A DNA stretch of 64,000 nt, from IMG/VR virus record IMGVR_UViG_3300031339_000004, positions 13,437 to 77,436 of that record. The stretch is one strand, 5' to 3'. Shown one piece after another: positions 1 through 8,988 of this stretch. Origin of the DNA: a virus. The first letter of the stretch is position 1. Each line of letters opens with the position of its first letter. Both the position numbers and the translations under genes were made by a program. The notes below the pieces were generated by a model. It ran no database searches and was not told where the DNA came from. It saw nothing but the letters and a program-made list of their open reading frames with translations.

Positions 1-1128
1 GTTAGTAAAGTATCTCAGATCGTCGATCTCACCTAAGTTAGTACCACCTGGCAGTGTCTCTACTTTAGAGCCGCGACCTTCAGCAGTTTGAGGGAAGAAG
101 TAATCTTCGTTGATTGACAGGGGATTGTAGCTTGAGTCTATGACGTTTTGGCCTCCACCTGTTGACGATGGGATCCTGCGTTGATGGATTTCCGTCTTTA
201 CACGCTCAACAAACTGCATAGCAAGGTGACTAGGCATGTTGCCCACATCAACGTAGAAGACTCTTCGCTCTGGTGCTCGCTGTACTCGATAGATAATGAT
301 AGCGTCTTCGAGTAACTCTTTTTGCTTGTAAACTTTAAAGATTGTTTCTAATAGACTGTTACCAAACGGAAAATTATTATCTAATCCTTCTGACAAGCTG
401 ATGTGAACCATGTGTTCTGCGTTAACCGCATACTCATTTTGTTCTGTCATGAAACGTGATGCCGATGTGCCACCTTGCGACTGACCTGACATGCTGTTAG
501 AATTACCAGACTGCTGGTAAGTAGTGTTACCTCCACCGTAAGTACTGCTGTTAGATTCATATGGAGTTGTAGCAATACCTTCAACAAAGTTAAAGTTTAC
601 GTTCTTAATCACATACTGCTCTGGCGTTTTGCCTTCGCTTTCGTTAACAATTATCTTAGTAACGTTTGCTGGATCTACGTTAAACCATTTCTTAGTCTCT
701 GGGTCTCTAAGGAAAAACTGATCACCAAACTTAAACACGTTTCTAAGAATTCTAAAGATTTTAGTTTCAAAGTCTTGCAGTTTAGCCCACTGTTGTAGGT
801 ACTGCTGGATAATCTTAACTTCAGAATTAGTAGCTTCAGATTTGTATTCTGTAGTAAACGGTGTGTTGTTTTGCTTGTTCTTTTGTGTACAAAACTCTGC
901 GAGAATATCAAGAGCAGCGTTTACTTCGCTGTCTTGGTCCATAGTATTGTACTGTCCGTACCGCTCAACTCTATTGGGAGTTCCTACATAAATATCTGGT
1001 AGATAAGACGAATAGTTTGCCTTAGCAGGACCTGCTTGTGCTCCGTTTCTGGCATTAGAGAAAGGACTGTAACTTCCTTCAGAATTGTTATCTGCTGATA
1101 CCGGAGTAAAGTGTTTACGCCATGACAT
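1..1128 (-). CDS. gp20: T4 gp20-like portal protein, 5' part (runs off the left edge; not in the ORF track)
   Basis: Hand translation from ATG at 1128: MSWRKHFTPV...EVNAALDILAEF...LLEDAIIIYRVQRAPERRVFYVDVGNMP...EDYFFPQTAEGRGSKVETLPGG. RAPERRxFY(I/V)DVGN and ETLPGG are hallmark gp20 motifs. GGAG upstream of the start. Confidence 0.93.
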   Translation of the reverse strand, partial: MSWRKHFTPVSADNNSEGSYSPFSNARNGAQAGPAKANYSSYLPDIYVGTPNRVERYGQYNTMDQDSEVNAALDILAEFCTQKNKQNNTPFTTEYKSEATNSEVKIIQQYLQQWAKLQDFETKIFRILRNVFKFGDQFFLRDPETKKWFNVDPANVTKIIVNESEGKTPEQYVIKNVNFNFVEGIATTPYESNSSTYGGGNTTYQQSGNSNSMSGQSQGGTSASRFMTEQNEYAVNAEHMVHISLSEGLDNNFPFGNSLLETIFKVYKQKELLEDAIIIYRVQRAPERRVFYVDVGNMPSHLAMQFVERVKTEIHQRRIPSSTGGGQNVIDSSYNPLSINEDYFFPQTAEGRGSKVETLPGGTNLGEIDDLRYFTN

Positions 1129-1187
1129 TACACAATCTCCATAGCATACGTTGTAATTTTACTTTTAATATTCATATAAGATTCCTG

Positions 1188-3779
1188 TTAACGGATAGAA
1201 CTTACGTATCCGTTCGCAATATTTCCGCCGCCTAGATTTTTTGTATTTCTTTCTGTCTTGTTCGTGTCAACTTGCATTCTTTGTAACGTCATTAACACTT
1301 GTTGCATCAAGTTATTTAACTCTTTGATGCCTTCGGTGCTACCAGACGTGGCAGTGTTAGCTTTATTTAATACGTCGCCTGCATTTGTTCCTTTGCCAAA
1401 TCCAATTTTATTGTCCTTGGATAATTCTTCGTTCATTTCACTCAGTGCTTCTACAAGACGTTCCATTGCGTCAGCGTAGTTTTTTATAGAGTCTGTGTCA
1501 AGACCTCGATTAAGAACCTCTAAGTTAGATTTTAATCCTTTAACGTCTGCTATTGCTTGCATACCTTTAGCAGTTTCTTTCATGTTCTCAAGAGCCGAAC
1601 CGCCAAATAATTCGCCAACAAAGCCAGCAATATTACCAACACCTGCTACAATTGATGCTCCGCCAAACGCTGCTAGTCCTCCAGCTACTGATAACATGCC
1701 TGCACCTGCTGTTTTCAGCTTTTCACCATTTACTTCTTCGAAGGATTTCATTCCTTCGGCAAATGTAGGTAATGCCTTGCCGGTTAGCCAGGCTGCACCT
1801 GCTATTGCTGCACCAATAGCAACAATCACTCCGCTAATCACGACTGCTCCGGCTGCAACTGCTGGATTAGCAAATGCTGCAATGCCTGTTGCTAGTCCTT
1901 TAAGAATTCCTCCAAGGCCTTTGCCTATGCCTTTGCCTATGCCAGCTAGTCCTTTTCCTGCTCCGACTCCTGCACTAGCTAAGCCTCTGCCTACTCCTCC
2001 TCCTCTTCTGCCGCCTCGACGATCACCGCGGTCTGGTCCGTCATCGTCGTCTCCACCCCCACCACCACCAAACAAGTTGCCCAACAATCCTGTAAACGCG
2101 CCGCCGATCTTTTTAGCTAGATATACACCACCAAACAATGCGACTAGACCAACTCCTATCATAGGCAAGGTTTCTTTTAATGCTGATTTTATAACGTCAC
2201 TGATCATTGAACCTAGCCCAGCAAACGGCCCGTCTTCTTTAAACAAATTCTTAAATGCTTCTTTAATTCCAGCACCCTGTATGTCAGCTAAGAATTCTTT
2301 TATTTTAGAAGATATATTTTTTAGACTTGCTGCAAACTCATCAGACGCAAGTGTTTTTTCTAATAAGTCTGCTACAGAAGCAACACCACCGGCCATCTTT
2401 TCAAATATTCCACTTTTAATAAACGCCTTTGCAATAGTTGCTCTAAATGTCCGTAATGTATCGTCAAATTCAGTTAGCGTAGCAGTAGTTTCTGCTCGCT
2501 TAGCTTGTTCAGCACGAGCCGCACTCATTTCTTTAGTACCAAAGTTTTTCATTTTTGTAGCAGCATCTAATACTGCTGCTATTTCAGGTTGAGTTTGCCT
2601 AAGTTGAGATATAATAGCAGCTTGCTCCTTTGCAGAGCCGCCTATAAAATTTTCAATATCGTGGCCGGCTGCGCCAATTGCTTCAATTAATACTTGTGGG
2701 TCTGCGCCTTTAGCAATTTCTGTCATTGCTGATTGTATTTCTGGCCCAATAGTAGTTAATAGCGCAATACCTTCTGCTGTTTGAGGAATACCGTCTGCTA
2801 GGTCTCTTAGGCCAGCCGCAACACTTTCGGGTAATGTATCTATTAACGCCATGCTAGATCTAAAGTTTATAAGAGCTTCGCCTGACAAATTATTTTGTAA
2901 TGCTCGGAAAGCAGCGTCTTCGCTTTGTTGCAACATCGACGCTGCTAGTTCTTTTCTACTCTGTCCCGTGACCTTTGCTAGTCTGTCCAATTGCTCAAGA
3001 TATCTAGCGCTGCCGTTAGCAATCTGTCGACTGTCCATGCGTTGTAAACGACCTAGCCTAGCTTGCAGGGCAGTATAGTCGGCCATGCCTTCGTTTATTT
3101 CTTCAACGGTAAACCCTAGATTCTTTAGAGCAGCAAAGTCTCCGGTATCTTTTATTGTCTTGTTGATAGCCTTGAATCTATTAACGCCGTCTGTTACTGT
3201 TCCACTTAACAGACGTAATGCTTCAGAATTAGATGACACAAAACTAGCCATCTCGTCTAACCCTAGTTCCAGTTGGGTTGCTGACAATCTCATATCTTCG
3301 ATGCTATTGCCAAAAGCAGCACCTACTGACGATAGTTGTCTAAACGTAGCAATGCTGTCATCGAGTATTCCAACAAGTGAACCTAGAATCCCGCCAATAA
3401 ACGGAATCTGCTCAGCAAAGTCCGACAACTGTGTTGTAGAGGATAGTAACACGCCGCCTAATCCAACGATACTAGACGAAAGTACACCTATAAGGTTTCC
3501 AGTAACGTTTACTATCGCTCTAGTAAATCTACCAGTGGCCTCGCCAGCACTTTCAATCGACTCAGTGTTTTCATCTAGTGCATCTGTATTATCTTCTGTA
3601 CTACCGGCAGCATCTCGCAGTGCTTCGCGCAACCGTCTAGCTGCCCTGGCTGCATCGCTTGAGTTAGAGCCAGCCGCTCCTGACATTCGTTCCATTGCAC
3701 GCAACAGAGATGCTAGTGTTGCTTCACTAGCAACACCATTCTCACCGCCTACATTACTAATCTCTACTTCATCTGCCAC
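1188..3779 (-). CDS. Probable tail tape measure protein (863 aa)
   Basis: Long, Ala/Gly-rich, helical-looking protein with hydrophobic stretches in the C-terminal third; adjacent to the hub/chaperone gene; TAAATA upstream. Confidence 0.65.
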   Translation of the reverse strand: MADEVEISNVGGENGVASEATLASLLRAMERMSGAAGSNSSDAARAARRLREALRDAAGSTEDNTDALDENTESIESAGEATGRFTRAIVNVTGNLIGVLSSSIVGLGGVLLSSTTQLSDFAEQIPFIGGILGSLVGILDDSIATFRQLSSVGAAFGNSIEDMRLSATQLELGLDEMASFVSSNSEALRLLSGTVTDGVNRFKAINKTIKDTGDFAALKNLGFTVEEINEGMADYTALQARLGRLQRMDSRQIANGSARYLEQLDRLAKVTGQSRKELAASMLQQSEDAAFRALQNNLSGEALINFRSSMALIDTLPESVAAGLRDLADGIPQTAEGIALLTTIGPEIQSAMTEIAKGADPQVLIEAIGAAGHDIENFIGGSAKEQAAIISQLRQTQPEIAAVLDAATKMKNFGTKEMSAARAEQAKRAETTATLTEFDDTLRTFRATIAKAFIKSGIFEKMAGGVASVADLLEKTLASDEFAASLKNISSKIKEFLADIQGAGIKEAFKNLFKEDGPFAGLGSMISDVIKSALKETLPMIGVGLVALFGGVYLAKKIGGAFTGLLGNLFGGGGGGDDDDGPDRGDRRGGRRGGGVGRGLASAGVGAGKGLAGIGKGIGKGLGGILKGLATGIAAFANPAVAAGAVVISGVIVAIGAAIAGAAWLTGKALPTFAEGMKSFEEVNGEKLKTAGAGMLSVAGGLAAFGGASIVAGVGNIAGFVGELFGGSALENMKETAKGMQAIADVKGLKSNLEVLNRGLDTDSIKNYADAMERLVEALSEMNEELSKDNKIGFGKGTNAGDVLNKANTATSGSTEGIKELNNLMQQVLMTLQRMQVDTNKTERNTKNLGGGNIANGYVSSIR

Positions 3780-3807
3780 AATTAAAAGTCCAAGTTATAT
3801 ACGCACA

Positions 3808-3841
3808 TAAATATATATGATACATATTAGTAATGTATTTA
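3808..3841. promoter_or_regulatory. Pair of opposed T4-type late promoter cores: TAAATA (+, 3808-3813) and TAAATA (-, 3836-3841)
   Basis: Both hexamers lie in the 75-bp gap between two divergent structural genes. TAAATA is the core of the T4 gp55 late promoter TATAAATA and recurs upstream of many structural genes here. Confidence 0.7.
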
Positions 3842-3854
3842 TGCGGAGGAATTC

Positions 3855-4724
3855 ATGGTAGACCCAAACACAATTAATCACAACGAAAACCCATTAAAGA
3901 AGTTCTTTAGACAACCTAAAGTGTACATAACTCTTCCTAGTCTAGGACATTTTTATGCTCCTGGTACTTTAGAGATTCCCGAAAGCGGTGAGTTTCCTGT
4001 TTTTGCAATGACAGCAAAAGACGAGCTTACAATGAAAACTCCAGACGCATTGCTAAATGGACAAGCAACAGTGAATCTAATTCAAAGTTGTATTCCTGCA
4101 ATTAAAAACGCATGGTCAATGCCCAGCATCGATCTAGACGCTGTCCTAATAGCGATTCGAATCGCTACCTACGGCGAGATGATGAGTCTCGACGTTAAAG
4201 TTCCAAAGACAGGAGAAGAAAGAACATTTTCAGTTGATTTACGGCAGTTACTTAATAAGCTAGTTACTGTAAGTTACGATACAGATCTTCAGATCAACAA
4301 CATGAAACTTAAAATGCGACCATTAACTTATAAAGAGTTTACTGAAGCAAGTCTGAAAACTTTTGAAGAACAAAGAATCTTTGCATTGGTTAACGATGAT
4401 AAGATCCCAGAAGAAGAAAAGCTAACCAAGTTTAATGAAAGTTTTGTAAAGCTAACTGATCTAACAGTAAAAACTATTAGCAAATGCATTTCATCTATAT
4501 CTATTGAAGACTCAGTAGTAGATAATCAAGAACACATCGATGAGTTTATTGCTAATGCCGACAAAGATTTTTACAATGACGTTACTGCACACCTAGATGC
4601 GCAAAAAGAAAAGTTTCAGATCGAGCCAATTAACGTAGAGTCGTCACCTGAAGATATTGAAAAGGGTGCCCCGGCAAAGTGGAAGGTTCCGATTACATTT
4701 GATCAATCAAATTTTTTCGGATAA
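3855..4724 (+). CDS. T4 gp26-like baseplate hub subunit / tail assembly chaperone
   Basis: NPL..FFRQPK.Y..LPS, MTAKDE, DLDAVLIAIRIATYG and a C-terminal ..NFF resemble gp26-family proteins; GGAGG RBS. Confidence 0.7.
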   Translation: MVDPNTINHNENPLKKFFRQPKVYITLPSLGHFYAPGTLEIPESGEFPVFAMTAKDELTMKTPDALLNGQATVNLIQSCIPAIKNAWSMPSIDLDAVLIAIRIATYGEMMSLDVKVPKTGEERTFSVDLRQLLNKLVTVSYDTDLQINNMKLKMRPLTYKEFTEASLKTFEEQRIFALVNDDKIPEEEKLTKFNESFVKLTDLTVKTISKCISSISIEDSVVDNQEHIDEFIANADKDFYNDVTAHLDAQKEKFQIEPINVESSPEDIEKGAPAKWKVPITFDQSNFFG

Positions 4725-4729
4725 GGATC

Positions 4730-4948
4730 TTGCCTATGAGCGTTGGTGAGATCCTTTTAGAAGTCACCAAGTACGATAACGAACAAAAAGAAATGAAATC
4801 TGAGCTTTTAAAGATATGCTGGTATATGAGAGGAGGAGTTACCTATGAGGAAGCTCATTATCTAACATACGAAGATAAGCTTCTCATAGGAGACATTGTT
4901 AAAGATAATTTGGAAACCACACGTAAAACGGGGCTTCCATTTTACTAA
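4730..4948 (+). CDS. Small gp51-like hub assembly protein, or the -1 frameshift extension of the upstream gene
   Basis: 72-aa ORF directly after the gp26-like gene, in the -1 frame. ATG at 4736 has a possible AAGGA RBS. Confidence 0.55.
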   Translation: MPMSVGEILLEVTKYDNEQKEMKSELLKICWYMRGGVTYEEAHYLTYEDKLLIGDIVKDNLETTRKTGLPFY

Positions 4949-5634
4949 ACTACGCTAACACCAATAAGTTTGTTGGTACTTTCAACAAGGTGGATCCTTA
5001 ATCCTAAGTCACTCCACCTTAAATTATTTTCACGTAGCATCCTGGACAATTCAAGATATGTACTTTGTGTTAAGAATCGTTCTCCTGCTTTAGCATTTGC
5101 TATCCAAGCCTGTTGCTGTCTAGTAACATCTACTCCTGCGCTAGCAAATCTTAAGATTTTCTCTGCTGCCCACACACCATGCTCTTTGCTGCCTTTAGAT
5201 AACTGTGTTAATGCGCGGTTAATTACAACAGCAGTGTTACGAGGCATAGGTTTTTGCCCACCCTGTACTTTTCTAATATCTGATTTTGCTTTTGCATAGG
5301 TATCAGACTGGGCAGCATTCCTGGGATTGTTAGGAGGAGTGCCAGCAGGCGTAGGTGCATTCCCTGCTGGAGGATTTCCTGCTGCTGGCGTAGGAGTAGG
5401 TGGGTTTTCAGCTGGTGGGGTTCCGGCTGGCGTAGGTCTTGTACGACGCTGAGGTGTCCTCTTCTTGTTAGACGATTTACCTTTACTTTTATTTCCAGTA
5501 TACCCGGCCTTAAATCCCTTACCAAAGTCAGCAATGCCCTTTCCAACAGACTTAGCTGCCTTTCCCAGAGTCTTACCTACGCTATCAGAGTCTAGCTCAT
5601 CAAGCTGTGTTTTATTAATTTCTTGTATTTTCAT
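4945..5634 (-). CDS. Hypothetical basic, Pro-rich late protein (possible internal head protein)
   Basis: 229-aa ORF with TAAATA at 5666-5671 (-); N-terminus MKIQEI...LDE; PAGTPP/PAGNPP-type repeats. Confidence 0.6.
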   Translation of the reverse strand: MKIQEINKTQLDELDSDSVGKTLGKAAKSVGKGIADFGKGFKAGYTGNKSKGKSSNKKRTPQRRTRPTPAGTPPAENPPTPTPAAGNPPAGNAPTPAGTPPNNPRNAAQSDTYAKAKSDIRKVQGGQKPMPRNTAVVINRALTQLSKGSKEHGVWAAEKILRFASAGVDVTRQQQAWIANAKAGERFLTQSTYLELSRMLRENNLRWSDLGLRIHLVESTNKLIGVSVV

Positions 5635-5769
5635 ATGAGAATAAATCCAAATAGTTATATAAATGTATTTATGTTAAGAAATGAGCTAAGCTCATTAGTT
5701 TTCGCTTTACGCTCAAACTATTAGTTTCTTAAATTAATAATAGTATTTTATAAGTGATTTGAATTATTG

Positions 5770-6160
5770 TTACTAGATATTCATGTAGATTGCTCTGGTC
5801 AGACGGAACCTGTTTAAAGGTTCCGTCTGTCTAATGAATTTACTTCATGTGAGTATTTCCAGCCAAGACATATTGGAAGCAGGTATTTGTTCACTCCACG
5901 GGCTCTGACCTTTCCCAACCTACGTCGATATAGCATTATAAAATGCCGCCTGTACTTTCGTTCCTAGATGTACAGTTTTTAGGAGTGTGCGATTTACTTG
6001 AACGCCAACAAACGTTCTATGCCAATACTTAACTCGCTTGCCTTTTCAGCTACGACGATGTCTCTCGAAGGGGAGTGTCTCAGCATGTCTCGTGTCCGGG
6101 TACCAGCCGGCTGTTTCACAGCAGTATTATAGTCCGGCCTGCTAGCCTTGTGTGTTGTTT
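5770..6160 (-). ncRNA. Candidate structured non-coding RNA (family unassigned; strand inferred from flanking genes; could instead be a cis element or origin)
   Basis: No ORF >=60 aa in 5635-6282. The core is visibly GC-richer than its AT-rich flanks and has many inverted repeats, including a perfect 12-bp stem at 5800-5811/5818-5829. Confidence 0.45.
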
Positions 6161-6282
6161 TGATGCCTAAGTGTGTATTACTTCTTGCGCTGTTCGCAAC
6201 AACTAAGAAATAATCTTTGCCTGAAGATGCCTATGTTTGTGATTTGTTATTTTAGAAATAAGATGAAGATGTAAATGCTTGC

Positions 6283-6717
6283 CTATTTTAATTTTTTGTT
6301 TTCTATTAGCGACTGTCTTAATTTTTCTGATCCGCCTACTCGAACATTGATAATACCGTTGTAATATTCGTCAGTTTCGAGTACCTTGCGATCAAATTGC
6401 TCTTTTGCTTCAATGTAGGACATTTCTGATCTTGATTTACAAAAATAAAGTACTTCTCGAGTAAATTGTTCTTGTCCTAGTGCCTCTACGTCAGCGTTTA
6501 ATTTATCTGAAGAACCCCAATAGGTCCTCCAGTCGCTTTCTTTATAGCCTCTGCGTTTATTTTTTTTGCCTTTAAGTGGCGGCTTAGTAGTTTTAAACCT
6601 AGCCAACTTTTTGCCTATATATTTTTTGTTGGACTGAAGATTGGTAATGAGATACACAAATCCTTCATACTCGTCTGGTATCTCATCAATGTTTACGCCT
6701 TCATAGGTCCAATGCAT
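6283..6717 (-). CDS. GIY-YIG family endonuclease (Seg-like, catalytic domain only)
   Basis: GFVYLITN...KKYIGKK motif, conserved Glu in YIEAKEQF, terminal YYNGII. Confidence 0.8.
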   Translation of the reverse strand: MHWTYEGVNIDEIPDEYEGFVYLITNLQSNKKYIGKKLARFKTTKPPLKGKKNKRRGYKESDWRTYWGSSDKLNADVEALGQEQFTREVLYFCKSRSEMSYIEAKEQFDRKVLETDEYYNGIINVRVGGSEKLRQSLIENKKLK

Positions 6718-6742
6718 ACAGTTATATATCTATTACAGAGCA

Positions 6743-6994
6743 TCACTGCTGAGGTTTTGACTTAAAAACTTCTGGATGTACCTCTTGAAACTGCGCTCTT
6801 ACTTCTGTGTTTCGTTGATGTGTGATTTTTTTTATTTTACGAAGCCGCTGTTGGAGATCGTAGTACCTACGGTGGGTTCTCATTGCTTCCCACCGTTCCA
6901 TTGAAGCAAAATAGTCTAGATATGCCTGTACCAGTTGTTGATGCAGGCTATCGTCAGGGTCTAATTCTTTTTCAAACCTTTCGTCGTCGGTCAT
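6743..6994 (-). CDS. Hypothetical helical protein (83 aa)
   Basis: ATGA overlap with the gp46 stop, consistent with translational coupling. Confidence 0.65.
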   Translation of the reverse strand: MTDDERFEKELDPDDSLHQQLVQAYLDYFASMERWEAMRTHRRYYDLQQRLRKIKKITHQRNTEVRAQFQEVHPEVFKSKPQQ

Positions 6995-8988
6995 TGAGAT
7001 GACTCCACTACATCTAAATCGTTCGCGTAAGTAGTAAATCCGTTTTCTTTAATAACTTTAAGAACATGATTAACTCGACCGATTAGTTCGTCCTTGTGAC
7101 TGATCAAAAAGATATTTTTTTCTCGTTCTCTGGCCATCTTCTTGAGTACGCTTAACGAACTCTCAACTCCTGCTGTGTCCATGCCGCTGTCTATGAGCTC
7201 ATCAATGAACAGCAGGTTAACATTCTGATACAGACTCTCCCAAACGTCCCGGAAAGCAAAGCTAAGACCTAGTATAAGCCTGTTTCGTTCGCCTCGTGAC
7301 AAGTTGTCAAAGTCAAGGTCTTGGCCTAATTGGGAGATCTCAACCGATAAGTCGTTTTGAAACTCAACTTGGTGAGGTAAACCTAGTTTGTCCAAGTAAT
7401 GTGTAAGTCTGTTGTTCAAATACGCAAGGTTCTGGTCTATAATCTTTTTTCGTATGAAACTATCCTTGTTTGTAAGCAGCTTGAGAAGAAACTCTTGGTG
7501 CTCTCTGACGTTTGTTAGCTCGTTTACTGGCAGCCAGTTGATTTCTTGCAGTGCTGACGTCTGCAGGTCCGACACTTGCGCTTCGTAAGGATCTTCATCC
7601 TCTTGTCTTGCTGTCAGTGTGTTCTTTAGATTCTCAACGTTGCTTCTATGCTCGTATGCTTCCTTTGCACTGTCGTAGAATGTGTTGGGCTTACCGTTAA
7701 GCTCACCGATCTCTTCGATACCAGTCATTACCTTCTTTAGCTTATCTGCTACTTCTTTTTGGTAGCTAGTAGCATCAGCTAGTTCTTTTTCTTTAACCTT
7801 CTGGATCTCATCCTTCTTATCTGCGTGTAATTCTTGACCGCAAGTATAACAAGTGGCATCGTCTAGTTTAGAAATGTTCTTTTTTACTTTAGTTACAGCA
7901 GTATCTGCCCGTAATAGTGCAGTATCTAGTGTGCTCCTTTCCTTGTTGAGTGCAGTAACAGCAGTATTCATCTTTGACCAGTGTTGTAACTTCTCGTGGT
8001 CGTCGAGCTCTGACTCAATATTAAGCTTTTCTAATTGATCAATGCCTTCTTGAAGCCTTTTATTGTCTTGTTTCTTTTTTGACTGCCATGCACGTTGTCT
8101 GCTGACTAATGTGGCTATACTTTGCTCAATTTTGCCGTTTGCTGTCTTAATTGCGTCTATTTTTAGTGTTTCTTCAGTAATAGAGTCTTTGGTCATGCGC
8201 ACTTGTTCTTTTAACAACATGGCCTTTTCGGTGAGTATAGTAATACCCAACAACTGTTCAATGATAGCTCGTTGATCATTAGCTCTCATTGATAAGAACG
8301 GTTCGGTATAGGTGTTGAGAGCAACAATATGCTTGAACATGTCATGACTCATGCCTAGTAGGTCATTAATTGTCTCTTGCGTCTTGCGACTGTCACCTTG
8401 GGACTCATCTGTCATGTCTTGTTCTGCATCATCTACATAAAACTTAAGAATGTTGGGGCTTCTGCCTCTTTCTATTCTATAGTCTACGTTATTCTTCTTA
8501 AAATGCAGAGTGACCAACATGTTTTTACTGTTGGTCTTATTAATAAGGTTATTCTTCTTAATATTAGTTAACGCTTGGCCGTACAGCGCATAGCTGAGCG
8601 CGTTGATCACTGTGGTATTATGAGATAAGATATTGTTTGAGTAAAAACGATGATCAGGGTGATCAACTGTTAGATCAAACATATTTTCTTGCCGAGACTG
8701 TTCGATTACTGTTAATACTAATTCAGAACCGTGCTTAGATATTATCTTAGTCTGGTTAGGTATTATATCTTTGACAAAGATCTCGTTGTAGTTGTGATCA
8801 AACAAGATGTGAGTGTCGGCACAGTCAAGAGTCAACCCGCTTTGGGTTTCGATATGCCAAACGGTGTATGGAATAGTCTTGTGTATGTCAGTAACAGGCT
8901 GCCATCCAGAATCTGTTTCGATTTCAAGATCAACTAAGCTGACACTATTAACAAATTTTCTATTTACTGTTTGAGAAATTGTAGACAT
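6991..8988 (-). CDS. gp46: gp46/SbcC/Rad50-like recombination ATPase, C-terminal fragment: 124-aa split-intein C-part fused to a 541-aa C-extein
   Basis: Zinc hook CYTCGQ, signature LSRGE, Walker B LLFIDE, H-loop ISH. Residues 1-124 end in ...MFDLTV...FYSNNILSHN, followed by TTVINAL. Confidence 0.93.
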   Translation of the reverse strand: MSTISQTVNRKFVNSVSLVDLEIETDSGWQPVTDIHKTIPYTVWHIETQSGLTLDCADTHILFDHNYNEIFVKDIIPNQTKIISKHGSELVLTVIEQSRQENMFDLTVDHPDHRFYSNNILSHNTTVINALSYALYGQALTNIKKNNLINKTNSKNMLVTLHFKKNNVDYRIERGRSPNILKFYVDDAEQDMTDESQGDSRKTQETINDLLGMSHDMFKHIVALNTYTEPFLSMRANDQRAIIEQLLGITILTEKAMLLKEQVRMTKDSITEETLKIDAIKTANGKIEQSIATLVSRQRAWQSKKKQDNKRLQEGIDQLEKLNIESELDDHEKLQHWSKMNTAVTALNKERSTLDTALLRADTAVTKVKKNISKLDDATCYTCGQELHADKKDEIQKVKEKELADATSYQKEVADKLKKVMTGIEEIGELNGKPNTFYDSAKEAYEHRSNVENLKNTLTARQEDEDPYEAQVSDLQTSALQEINWLPVNELTNVREHQEFLLKLLTNKDSFIRKKIIDQNLAYLNNRLTHYLDKLGLPHQVEFQNDLSVEISQLGQDLDFDNLSRGERNRLILGLSFAFRDVWESLYQNVNLLFIDELIDSGMDTAGVESSLSVLKKMAREREKNIFLISHKDELIGRVNHVLKVIKENGFTTYANDLDVVESSQ
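8617..8988 (-). mobile_element. Split intein C-fragment (IntC, 124 aa)
   Basis: Block B-like LDCADTH, block F MFDLTV, block G SHN, then +1 Thr at 8614-8616. Confidence 0.92.

Noticed and set aside
675-911. 78-aa ORF in the track
   Set aside because: Out-of-frame overlap inside the portal gene, which the track missed because it runs off the window.
1495-3810. Long + strand ORFs (365 aa, 241 aa and others)
   Set aside because: Antisense shadows of the Ala/Gly-rich tape measure gene; no motifs or RBS.
5328-5440. Short nucleotide repeats (e.g. GCTGGCGTAGG)
   Set aside because: Explained by the Pro/Ala/Gly peptide repeats of the coding sequence.
5770-6160. tmRNA, RNase P RNA, tRNA or group I/II intron as the identity of the structured region
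   Set aside because: No tRNA-like ends, GAGGAAAGUCC or domain V recognised, and the flanking genes are not interrupted. Left unassigned.
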